This document shows, piece after piece, positions 39,512-48,033 of a stretch of 64,000 nucleotides of DNA. How positions within the stretch are numbered: the stretch's first letter is position 1; each line of letters starts with the position of its first letter. The stretch is from an uncultured Acidobacterium sp. (GTDB taxonomy: Bacteria; Acidobacteriota; Vicinamibacteria; Vicinamibacterales; UBA2999): positions 3,991 to 67,990 of the forward strand of contig CAZEMI010000239.1 in NCBI GenBank assembly GCA_964513235.1. The letters are read 5' to 3'. The notes below the pieces were generated by a model that was not told the DNA's origin, did not search any database, and saw nothing but the letters and a program-made list of their open reading frames with translations. Position numbers and translations under genes: made by a program.

Positions 39512-39656
39512 AAGGCACTCCTTGTCGGGATCCGGGATCCGGGATCCGCTAGTTGCCCAATTGACGATCAACCGTCCGCAAAATCGACAACACGGTTTCA
39601 GGGAAGCGCGTCATTGTAACCAACCCTTTGCCGGCCCATCCCGTCTGATACTTCGA

Positions 39657-40067
39657 ATGTCTAGGTATCCCGCGGATTTCCTCCACGGCACGCTCGACAC
39701 CCTCATCCTCAAGACCCTCACCGGCGGTCCCATGCACGGCTACGCCATCGGCAAGTGGATCGAGGACGCCACCGATTCCACGATCGAGCTGGAAGAAGGG
39801 TCGCTCTATCCCGCGCTGTATCGGCTCGAAAAGCGCGGGCTGCTCGATGCCGAGTGGGGCACGTCCGAGCTCGGGCGGCGCGCCAAGTTTTATCGCCTGA
39901 CGCGCGCCGGCCGGCAGCAACTCGCCAGCCACGCCGCGGCCTGGGCGGAGTTCTCCGCGGCGGTCAATCGCGTGCTGTTGTCGGCCTTCGCTCGCGCGGG
40001 TTCTGGCGAGCTACGGCGAGATCTCGCCGTAGCGCCCTCCGGGCGCGGAGGCGGGCGAGGAGTGTAA
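39657..40067 (+). CDS. PadR-family regulator (acidobacterial ADOP-associated type)
   Basis: GTLDTLILKTL..GPMHGYAI, EEGSLYPALYRLEKRG, RRAKFYRLT; 3' end extended through a palindrome. Confidence 0.9.
   Translation: MSRYPADFLHGTLDTLILKTLTGGPMHGYAIGKWIEDATDSTIELEEGSLYPALYRLEKRGLLDAEWGTSELGRRAKFYRLTRAGRQQLASHAAAWAEFSAAVNRVLLSAFARAGSGELRRDLAVAPSGRGGGRGV
39984..40052. repeat. REP-like element with a perfect 24-bp central palindrome, inside the PadR 3' end
   Basis: gctacggcgagatctcgccgtagc (40010-40033) enclosed by gccttcgc / gcggaggc. Confidence 0.75.
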
Positions 40068-40069
40068 CG

Positions 40070-42727
40070 ATGGCTATTCGCAGGCGGTTGCGATCGCTCC
40101 TGTGGCGCGTGCCGATCGAGCAGGAAGTGCAGGAGGAGCTCGATCATCACATCGCGCTCAGAACGCAGGAGCTCGTCGACACAGGCGTCGATCCCGCCGA
40201 GGCGCGTGCGCAGGCACGGCGCCGGATCGAGAAGGCACGCCTCGAAGCCGAGCTCACGCGCCTGGGCCGCGAGCGCAACACCACCTGGGCGCGCCGTGAA
40301 GCGCTCGACGAGCTTCGCCAGGATCTCGCCTTCGCGCTGCGGCAGTGCCGCACCAAGCCGGGATTCACGATGGCGGCCGTGCTTACCCTGGCGCTTGGCC
40401 TTGGCGCCACCACCGCGATCTTCAGCGTGGTGCACGCCGTGGTGCTCACACCGTACGCGTACCCGGACCCCGATCGCGTAGTGCTCACGTTCTCGCTGCT
40501 GCGCGGCAACCGCGGCAGCTGGTCGGTGGGGAATTTCCACTACTTCGATCAGCGGTTGACGACCACGTCGCATTTCGCCGCCGCCGCGGGGACCAGCCTC
40601 AACCTCGCCGGCGCCGGCGACCCCGAGCGCGTGGTCGGCAGGCGCGTCACGCATGACTTCTTCCCACTCTTCGGCATCGCGCCGGCGCTTGGGCGCACCT
40701 TCACGGCCGACGAGGATCAACCGGGCCGCACCAACGTGGTGGTGCTCAGCCATCGGCTGTGGCAGCGGCGATTCAACGCCGATCCTAGCCTCCTCGGGCG
40801 CGCCATCCGGATCAATGGCGAGCAGTACGACGCGATCGGCGTGATGCCTCCGGATTTCGATCGGATCGGCGATGCCGCCGAGGCGTGGATTCCCGCCGGC
40901 TTCACGCCCGCGCAGCTCGCCATGTTCGACGAGTTCTACCTCGACGTGTACGCGCGGCACAGACCGGAATTCTCGCTCGCGCAGGTCAACGACGAGTTCG
41001 TGCGAGTCGGGCGGCAACTGTCGGTCGATCAGGCATTCATGAACGCCGAGCGCAGTGCCGGCGTGGAACGGCTGAGCACGTTCTATATCGGCGATTACCG
41101 GCTGCGCTTGTTGATCCTGCTCGGCGCGGTTGGCCTCGTGCTGCTCATCGCCTGCGGCAACGTCGCCAACCTCCAGCTCGCCCGGCTCGCGGCCCGCTCG
41201 CGCGAGCTCGCCATTCGCGCCGCCATCGGTGCCGGGCGCGGCCGCATCGTCCGGCAGGTGTTGACCGAGAGCCTCGTGCTGGCCGGCCTCGGCGGCGCGG
41301 CCGGTGTCGTGGTGGCTTATTGGGCCCTGCCGATGCTCGTCGCGATGGCGCCGGACGGCGTGCCGCGACTGACGACGGCACGCCTGAACGGCAGCGTGCT
41401 CGCGGCCGCCGGCCTCCTGGTGGTGCTGAGCGCGATCATCGTCGGGCTGCTCCCGGCGTGGCAGGCGACGCGGCGCCGGTTGTTGACCGACGACCTGGGC
41501 GACGGTAAAGGCGCGTTGAGCGGGACGCTCAAACCATGGATGCGCCAACTGTTGATCGGCGCGCAAGCGGCGATCGTGATGATCGTCCTGTCTGGTGCGG
41601 CGTTACTGGTACGCAGCGCCATCAATCTCCAACAGGAGCCCATGGGCTTCGACATCAACGGCGTGCTGAGCGCGCGGATCGCGTTGCCGGCGGCGCAATA
41701 CGGTCCGCCAGAGACCTCGCGCGCGGCCTACCGCCAGGTGCTCGAGCGCGTCGCGGCGTCACCAGGTGTCCGTTTCGCCGCGCTGGATTCACAGGCGCCG
41801 CTGGTGACCCGCGGCGGCTCGAACGGGCTGCTGCCGGAAGGACGACAGCAGGGCGGCGATCTCATCCAGTCCGACTCGCACTTCGTGACGCCCGACTACT
41901 TCAAGGTGTTGAACATCACGCTCACAGCGGGACGCACGTTCACGGACGCCGACATCCGCCAGGCGCCGCTGGTGATGGTGATCAACGAAACGCTCGCGCG
42001 CGCGGCCTACGGCGATGCCGATCCGATCGGCAAACGGATGATCTGCTGTGAAGGCTCGCCCGACGATCCGATGTGGAAGACCGTGATCGGCGTGGTCGGC
42101 GACGTCAAAGGCCGCGGGCCGGCGCAACCGCCGCGTCCGGAGTTCTACCTGCCGCTCATGCAGGTACCCGATCTGGCCTGGACGTGGTTCGGCCGCACGC
42201 TCACCATCCTCACGCGCGGCGACGATCCCGCGTCGATGACCACGGCGATTCGAGAGTCGGTGCGATCGCTCGACCGCAGCCTGCCCGTGTTCGCGATCCG
42301 CACGATGGACGAGGGCCTCGACCGAGTCATGGCGCAGGCGCGCTTCAACACGATGTTGATGACGCTGCTGGCCGCCACGGGCCTGCTGCTGGCGGCGCTG
42401 GGGATCTACAGCGTGATCGCATGGCTGGTGGTGCAGCGCACGCGCGAGATCGGCGTGCGCATGGCGCTGGGCGCCTCGACGCGTGACGTGATCAGGATGA
42501 TGAGCGTGCACGGGCTGAAACCGGTGATCGCCGGACTCGCGGTTGGCGTCGCCGGCGCGCTGGCGACGACGCGGTTGCTGCAGAACCAGTTGTTCGAAGT
42601 CGGCCCGCGCGATCCGATCACGCTGGTCGCCACGGCCGCGGTGCTGCTCGTCGTGGGCGGCGCCGCGGCGGCGATTCCGGCGTGGCGCGCCACCGCCATC
42701 GATCCGTCGGCGGCACTACGGGATTAA
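40070..42727 (+). CDS. ADOP-family duplicated ABC permease with N-terminal prefix domain
   Basis: EQEVQEELDHHIALR prefix; LRQDLAFALRQ; two FtsX halves; IDPSAALRD; start ATG 40070 after GAGGAG. Confidence 0.9.
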   Translation: MAIRRRLRSLLWRVPIEQEVQEELDHHIALRTQELVDTGVDPAEARAQARRRIEKARLEAELTRLGRERNTTWARREALDELRQDLAFALRQCRTKPGFTMAAVLTLALGLGATTAIFSVVHAVVLTPYAYPDPDRVVLTFSLLRGNRGSWSVGNFHYFDQRLTTTSHFAAAAGTSLNLAGAGDPERVVGRRVTHDFFPLFGIAPALGRTFTADEDQPGRTNVVVLSHRLWQRRFNADPSLLGRAIRINGEQYDAIGVMPPDFDRIGDAAEAWIPAGFTPAQLAMFDEFYLDVYARHRPEFSLAQVNDEFVRVGRQLSVDQAFMNAERSAGVERLSTFYIGDYRLRLLILLGAVGLVLLIACGNVANLQLARLAARSRELAIRAAIGAGRGRIVRQVLTESLVLAGLGGAAGVVVAYWALPMLVAMAPDGVPRLTTARLNGSVLAAAGLLVVLSAIIVGLLPAWQATRRRLLTDDLGDGKGALSGTLKPWMRQLLIGAQAAIVMIVLSGAALLVRSAINLQQEPMGFDINGVLSARIALPAAQYGPPETSRAAYRQVLERVAASPGVRFAALDSQAPLVTRGGSNGLLPEGRQQGGDLIQSDSHFVTPDYFKVLNITLTAGRTFTDADIRQAPLVMVINETLARAAYGDADPIGKRMICCEGSPDDPMWKTVIGVVGDVKGRGPAQPPRPEFYLPLMQVPDLAWTWFGRTLTILTRGDDPASMTTAIRESVRSLDRSLPVFAIRTMDEGLDRVMAQARFNTMLMTLLAATGLLLAALGIYSVIAWLVVQRTREIGVRMALGASTRDVIRMMSVHGLKPVIAGLAVGVAGALATTRLLQNQLFEVGPRDPITLVATAAVLLVVGGAAAAIPAWRATAIDPSAALRD

Positions 42728-43981
42728 CACCGGGCGCGCGGCCGATTCCCACTGGGCGTCCCAGCGTTGCGGCGGATTCTGCCGCAGCCACGCGCGGGAT
42801 TTCGCCAGCGGACCGTCAGGCGCGATTGATCGGGTGGCGACGCTGACGAGGAGACTCGCGAGGTCGCCTGGATCGCGGAACGTGACGCCTTCGTGTCCCG
42901 TCTCCATCACTTCACCGAGCACCTGCGAGTAGTCGTAAGTGGCGGCCGGCACGCCCGCGCCGCGCAGATCGGCCAGCTTCATCGGCAAGTCGAGTCCCGA
43001 CGAGGACTGGTGCAGGCAGAGGCCGAGGTCGGCCATGCCGACGAGCGTCGGATAATCGGCTGGCTCCAGCCACGCCGTCTTCACGGCAATCGCCGTGAAG
43101 TTGCGGCGAGCCGCGCGCTGCTCGAACGTGTCACGCAGTGGGCCGCGGCCGGTGAGAAAGACCGCGAGGTCCGCCCCGCCCGTCGCTTCGCCGGGGTTCG
43201 CGCCGGCGGCGGCGGCCGATCGCGCACGCGTCAGCGTCCGCTCCGCGCGCTCAAGCGCTTCGAGCAGCAGATCGAAATCCTCGTCCGGCGTCCAGCTGGT
43301 GGGGCACACCACGATGGGCGGACGTGTGGCGCCGAGGTGATACTCGGCGGCGAGCCTGTTCCACAGCGCCGCCGCCACCTCCGGCGATGGCGGCGCGAAC
43401 GACGCCGCGGGCCGGTCGTACACGACCACCGGCTTCACACGATATTCGCGCGCCAGCCAGTCCCCCATCGCCTGCGACACCGCCAAGTGTCCGTCGGCGC
43501 GCTTCGCCCACCGCCGCTCGCTTCGCGCCAAAGACTTCACCGCGCGATGGCCCTCACCCACCGTCACCGCGGCAATGGTGTGCGAGAGGTTGTGCCAGTC
43601 GATCACGACGCGCGCGCCGCGCAGGCGCGCGGCGAGCCAGGCCATCGAGAGCGCCGGCACCGCCGGCGGGTTTTGCACGAGGATCACCTCGGGCTTGGGA
43701 ATGCGCATCAGCGTCGAGAAGAGGCGCGCCGCTTGCCCGGCGGCGCGCAGTGCCGATCCCCAGACGAACCGGCGGACGCCGCCTGTCGCGCGGCCGGCGA
43801 ACGCCCGGTCGCGCAGGCGATGACAATGAATCCGTGCGTTCCCCGACACGGCCGGCACCGTCGGCGCCCCTTCGAGCCCGATGAGATCCACCTCGCTGCC
43901 CGCGGCGGCGAGCGACACCGCGTGGTACTGCATGCGCGGGCTGCGGCCCAGATCTCCGATTACGATAACGGCGGTTCTCAT
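42716..43981 (-). CDS. ALG1-like beta-1,4-mannosyltransferase (GT33-like), no N-terminal TM anchor
   Basis: GDLGRSPRMQYHAVSLA, VQNPP, VIDWHN, VYDRP, TSWTPDEDFDLLL, TGRGPLR, WLEPADYP..ADLGLCLHQSSSGLDLPMK. All match eukaryotic ALG1 signature blocks as recalled, in the same order. Confidence 0.85.
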   Translation of the reverse strand: MRTAVIVIGDLGRSPRMQYHAVSLAAAGSEVDLIGLEGAPTVPAVSGNARIHCHRLRDRAFAGRATGGVRRFVWGSALRAAGQAARLFSTLMRIPKPEVILVQNPPAVPALSMAWLAARLRGARVVIDWHNLSHTIAAVTVGEGHRAVKSLARSERRWAKRADGHLAVSQAMGDWLAREYRVKPVVVYDRPAASFAPPSPEVAAALWNRLAAEYHLGATRPPIVVCPTSWTPDEDFDLLLEALERAERTLTRARSAAAAGANPGEATGGADLAVFLTGRGPLRDTFEQRAARRNFTAIAVKTAWLEPADYPTLVGMADLGLCLHQSSSGLDLPMKLADLRGAGVPAATYDYSQVLGEVMETGHEGVTFRDPGDLASLLVSVATRSIAPDGPLAKSRAWLRQNPPQRWDAQWESAARPVLIP

Positions 43982-44970
43982 TGAGCTTGTACCTGCTACT
44001 CGGCGTTAGCGGTGCCGCGCTGGCCCTGTTCCTGACCCCGCTGATTGGACGGGGTTCGACCGTGCTTGGACTGGTAGACGCCCCGGGGGGCAGGAAGGTT
44101 CATGCGCAATCGGTGCCTCGCCTGGGCGGCGTGGCGGTCGTGCTGGCCGCCGCGCTCGCGCTGGCGATCGTACCCGCATTGCTGCCGGGGTCCCGCGATC
44201 CCGAGATCTGGGTGGCGATGAGGCCCTTTGTGGTCGGCGGCCTCCTCATCTTCCTCGCCGGCCTCGTCGATGATATCCGCGGGCTTGGACCGGCGCCGAA
44301 GCTGCTCGTCGAGGTTCTCGCGGCCGCGGTCATGATCGCCTCGGGATTGTTGATCGAACGCGTCACGATTCTCGGCAGCACCTGGACGCTCGGATGGATC
44401 GCCTACCCGGTGACGGCGGCCTGGCTGGTCGGCGTCACCAACGCGTTCAACCTGATCGATGGCGTGGACGGGCTGGCGCCGGGCATTGCGGCGGTCGCCG
44501 GCGCGGCCTGCGGCGCCCTCCTCATCGTCCGCGGCCACACGGCCGAAGCCATGCTGCTGGCGGCGTTTGTCGGCGCGATGCTCGGGTTCCTGGTCTACAA
44601 CTTCGAGCCCGCGTCGATCTTCCTCGGCGACAGCGGCAGCCTGGTCGCCGGTTTCCTGCTCGCGGCGACGGCCATCGCCGGCTGGCAGAAGGGTGCGACG
44701 GCGCTCGCGTCGGCGGTACCCTTGCTGATCTTCGCGCTGCCGCTCGCCGACGCCGCGTCGGCACTGATGCGCCGCGCGCTGGCGCGGCCGACCCATGGCC
44801 GATCGCTCGGCGCCGTGATGCGGCAGGTGGTTGAACCGGATCGCGAGCACATCCATCATCGGCTGCTCGGTCTCGGGTGGTCGGTCCGCCGCACCGTGCT
44901 CATCCTCTACGGCGTGACCGCCGTGCTGTCGATCCTGGCGCTGGCGACCGCGCAAGTAGACGCCAGATGA
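43981..44970 (+). CDS. WecA/TagO-type polyprenyl-phosphate GlcNAc-1-phosphate transferase (PNPT family, includes ALG7/MraY)
   Basis: DAPGGRKVH..VPRLGG, GLVDD, NAFNLIDGVDGLA, IFLGDSGS, PDREHIHHRL; TTG start at 43981 or 43987. Confidence 0.88.
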   Translation: MSLYLLLGVSGAALALFLTPLIGRGSTVLGLVDAPGGRKVHAQSVPRLGGVAVVLAAALALAIVPALLPGSRDPEIWVAMRPFVVGGLLIFLAGLVDDIRGLGPAPKLLVEVLAAAVMIASGLLIERVTILGSTWTLGWIAYPVTAAWLVGVTNAFNLIDGVDGLAPGIAAVAGAACGALLIVRGHTAEAMLLAAFVGAMLGFLVYNFEPASIFLGDSGSLVAGFLLAATAIAGWQKGATALASAVPLLIFALPLADAASALMRRALARPTHGRSLGAVMRQVVEPDREHIHHRLLGLGWSVRRTVLILYGVTAVLSILALATAQVDAR

Positions 44971-46145
44971 AGGCCACAAATGGCACGGAACCGCATTCCA
45001 GCAAGCGCGTGCTGCTGGTGCAGCCGTCGATGCAGCCGCCGGGCGGCGGCCACGGCGTGGCCGCATGGGTGCTGCAGGCGCTGGCGCCGGAACATCGCGT
45101 CACCGTGCTGTCGTGGCGGCCGGTCGAGATCGATCCGATCAACCGCTTCTTCGGCACGCACCTGAAGCCCGCCGATTTCGACACGCTCGTGGTGCCGTGG
45201 CACTGGCGCGTCATCCCCGATCATCTGCCGGTGCCGGCGGCGCTGGTCAGGCTGTCGCTGATGATGCGCTACACGCGCCGGGTCAGCCGCGGGTTCGAGG
45301 TGGTGTTCGGCATGTTCAACGAGACCGATTACGGCCGCAAGGGTATTCAATACGTTCACTATCCGACCTATCTGCGCCCGCGTCCGGCGGTGGACCTGCG
45401 GTGGTATCACGCCGCGCGGTGGCCGCTGCGGCTTTACTATGCCGCCGCCGATCGTCTCGCGCACTTCTCACACGATCGCCTGAAACAGAACCTGACGCTG
45501 GTGAACTCCGACTGGACGGGCCGGCACGTCCAGGGGTTTCTCGGCGTTCCGACGCGGACGTTGTACCCGCCGGTTGCCGATCCGGCGCCGGGCGCGCCGT
45601 GGGCGGAGCGCCGCCACGGCTTTCTCGCCATCGGCCGCCTCTCTCCGGAAAAGGAGTTCGAGCGCGTGATGACGATCCTGGCGCGGGTCCGCGACCGGGT
45701 CCCGGCCGTCACGCTGACGATCATCGGCACGTGGGACCACCAGGCGCGCCGCTATCGCGATCGGCTCTTCGATCGGGCGCGGTCGCTGGGACCGTGGATT
45801 ACATTCCGGCAGAACATCAGCCGCGACGAGATCCGCGCCCTGATGGCCACGCATCGCTATGGCATCCATGGCATGCGCGAGGAACATTTCGGGATGGCGC
45901 CCGCGGAGCTCGCGCGGGCCGGCTGCATCGTGTGGGTGCCGCGCGGCGGCGGGCAGATGGAAGTCGTCGGCGGTGAGCCCGCGTTGATGTACGACTCGGA
46001 GGATGACGCGGTCGAGAAGATCGCGAGAACGCTCGCGTCGCCGGCCGAACAGGATCGGCTGCGTCAGGTCCTCACCGCGAGCGAGCGGTTTTCGACCGCC
46101 AACTTCGTCAGGCAGGTCCGCGACATCGTCGAGGAGTTCAGGTGA
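44967..46145 (+). CDS. GT4 glycosyltransferase with ALG11-like motifs
   Basis: PPGGGHGVAAW, YVHYPT, VNSDWT, LYPP, IGRLSPEK, GIHGMREEHFGMAPAE; ATG 44967 overlaps the wecA stop (ATGA). Confidence 0.8.
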   Translation: MKATNGTEPHSSKRVLLVQPSMQPPGGGHGVAAWVLQALAPEHRVTVLSWRPVEIDPINRFFGTHLKPADFDTLVVPWHWRVIPDHLPVPAALVRLSLMMRYTRRVSRGFEVVFGMFNETDYGRKGIQYVHYPTYLRPRPAVDLRWYHAARWPLRLYYAAADRLAHFSHDRLKQNLTLVNSDWTGRHVQGFLGVPTRTLYPPVADPAPGAPWAERRHGFLAIGRLSPEKEFERVMTILARVRDRVPAVTLTIIGTWDHQARRYRDRLFDRARSLGPWITFRQNISRDEIRALMATHRYGIHGMREEHFGMAPAELARAGCIVWVPRGGGQMEVVGGEPALMYDSEDDAVEKIARTLASPAEQDRLRQVLTASERFSTANFVRQVRDIVEEFR

Positions 46146-47913
46146 GCTGTCGGAATCCGGGATCGCGCATCAGCTCGTCGTAGGTGCCGAGGCCGGCAAT
46201 GCCGCCGTCGCGCAAGTAGATCAACTGATCGCAGCCCTTCACCGTCGACAACCGGTGTGCGATCGCAATTACGGTGCGCAAGCCGTGAACGTTGGCGATG
46301 GCCTCGGTCACTTCGCGTTCGGTCTGGTTGTCGAGCGCCGCGGTGGCTTCATCGAAGACCAGCACCTGCGGATCGTGATAGAGCGCGCGCGCAATCGCCA
46401 CGCGTTGCCGTTGCCCACCCGACAGGCGAATGCCGTTTTCGCCAATCACCGTCTCCAACCTGTTGGGCAGCGCGGCGACGACCTCGTCGAGCCTGGCCTG
46501 CGACACCGCGTTGGCCAGCCGCTGTTCATCGATCGCGCTGTCGGGAATGCCGAACGCGATATTGCGGCTCAGCGAATCGTCGAGCAGATACACGTCCTGC
46601 GGGACGTAGCCAATCTGGCGCTGCCACGCCCGCTCCCGGCCGTCGAGCGGCTGGCCGTCGATCAGCACGCGGCCGCTCGTCGGCGCGAGCAGGCCCAGCA
46701 GCAGGTCGACCAGGGTGCTCTTGCCGGCGCCGGTGGGGCCGACGATGCCGATCGATTGCCCGCGCGCAATCGTGAACGAGATGTGATCGAGCGCGGGGGC
46801 CGGCGCGTCCTCGTAGCGAAACGACACATCCTCGCACGCCAGGGTGGCCTGCAGCATCGGCGGCACGGGTTCGTAGGTCCGCGTCGCGGGCGGCTTCAGC
46901 CGCCGCATGTCCTCGTCCATGCCGCGGATCCACGGGTGCGCCTCGCGCATGTAGCCGACGTTCAGCATGATCCGGTTGGCCGACGGCACGACGCGGAATC
47001 CCGTATACGCGAACAGCGCCAGCACCGACACGATGTAGGCGCTCGGCACGGCCGCGCGCATCACCAGAAAGACGACGATCAACATGCTGAGGATGAGCGT
47101 GGCTTCGACGCCCAGCCGCGCCACCGCCGCCGCCGTCGCGCGCCGCTGCTTGGTGGCGCCGAGCTCGCGCTTCACGTCGCGGAAACGCTCCTCGAAGAAT
47201 GGCTGCCGGCCCGTGACTGTCACGTCCTTGATGGCGCCGAGGCTCTGCTGCAGCAGATGGAGCTGCTGCTGATAGAGCGTGCGCTCGGTGGCGCCGATGC
47301 GCTCCCACGAACGGCGCGTCAGGACGATCGGCACGAGCACCACGCCAAGCACCACCGCCACGGTGACGACCGTGACCAGCGGCGCCGACACGATCAGGAC
47401 GATGGCGAGGGCGGTGATGGTGGCGGCTTCGGCAAGGATGTTCACCGCCGATCCGGCGCCGAGCTCGAACGCGATATCAGAGGTCCGCGACACCGGTTCG
47501 ATCAACGACGCCGAGCGCCGCTTGACGTGGAATAAATAGTCGGCGGCGAGATACCGGGCGAGCAGCCGTTCGCCGGCGATCGCCGAGGACCCGTAGACGG
47601 TCCTCATCCGCACCCATTCGGCCCACGACAGGAACGCCGCACGCAGGACGTAGAACGCGGCGACCGCGAGCGCGAGCAAGGCCACCATCGCGCGGGGCTG
47701 GTATCGCGACGGCATCAGGGTCCACAAGTCCGACACCACCGGCGCGGTCCGCACCAGTTCGGGATCGACGACCAGCCGCAACAACCCGAACACCGCCAAC
47801 GCGCCCGCGGCTTCGATCAGCGCGGCCATCCCGGCGATCGGCACGAGCAAGAGCCACCGCCAGCGCCATCGCGCCGGCAGCCATCCGATCACGGATCGTA
47901 GGTCGCGCAACAA
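46138..47913 (-). CDS. PglK/WlaB-like ABC exporter (TMD + NBD), candidate lipid-linked glycan flippase
   Basis: RYLAADYLFHVKRRSASL (PglK-type coupling region), GPTGAGKST, LSGGQRQR, VFDEATAALD, IAHRL. Confidence 0.85.
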   Translation of the reverse strand: MLRDLRSVIGWLPARWRWRWLLLVPIAGMAALIEAAGALAVFGLLRLVVDPELVRTAPVVSDLWTLMPSRYQPRAMVALLALAVAAFYVLRAAFLSWAEWVRMRTVYGSSAIAGERLLARYLAADYLFHVKRRSASLIEPVSRTSDIAFELGAGSAVNILAEAATITALAIVLIVSAPLVTVVTVAVVLGVVLVPIVLTRRSWERIGATERTLYQQQLHLLQQSLGAIKDVTVTGRQPFFEERFRDVKRELGATKQRRATAAAVARLGVEATLILSMLIVVFLVMRAAVPSAYIVSVLALFAYTGFRVVPSANRIMLNVGYMREAHPWIRGMDEDMRRLKPPATRTYEPVPPMLQATLACEDVSFRYEDAPAPALDHISFTIARGQSIGIVGPTGAGKSTLVDLLLGLLAPTSGRVLIDGQPLDGRERAWQRQIGYVPQDVYLLDDSLSRNIAFGIPDSAIDEQRLANAVSQARLDEVVAALPNRLETVIGENGIRLSGGQRQRVAIARALYHDPQVLVFDEATAALDNQTEREVTEAIANVHGLRTVIAIAHRLSTVKGCDQLIYLRDGGIAGLGTYDELMRDPGFRQLT

Positions 47914-48033
47914 GGGGAACCTGCTTACTATTTACGCTTCATGTAAAAAGGAACCTGCTTCCCTTTTACGTGGTTCGTAAGAGCAATGCAGATTCTGCCA
48001 CTTTGTGGCGAAATTGTTCAGCTACACTGCCGT

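Noticed and set aside
39523-39547. (GGGATCC)x3 heptamer run upstream of yciI
   Set aside because: Only three units with no partner arm. Noted as a likely remnant of the heptamer repeat families, but too short to support a functional claim.
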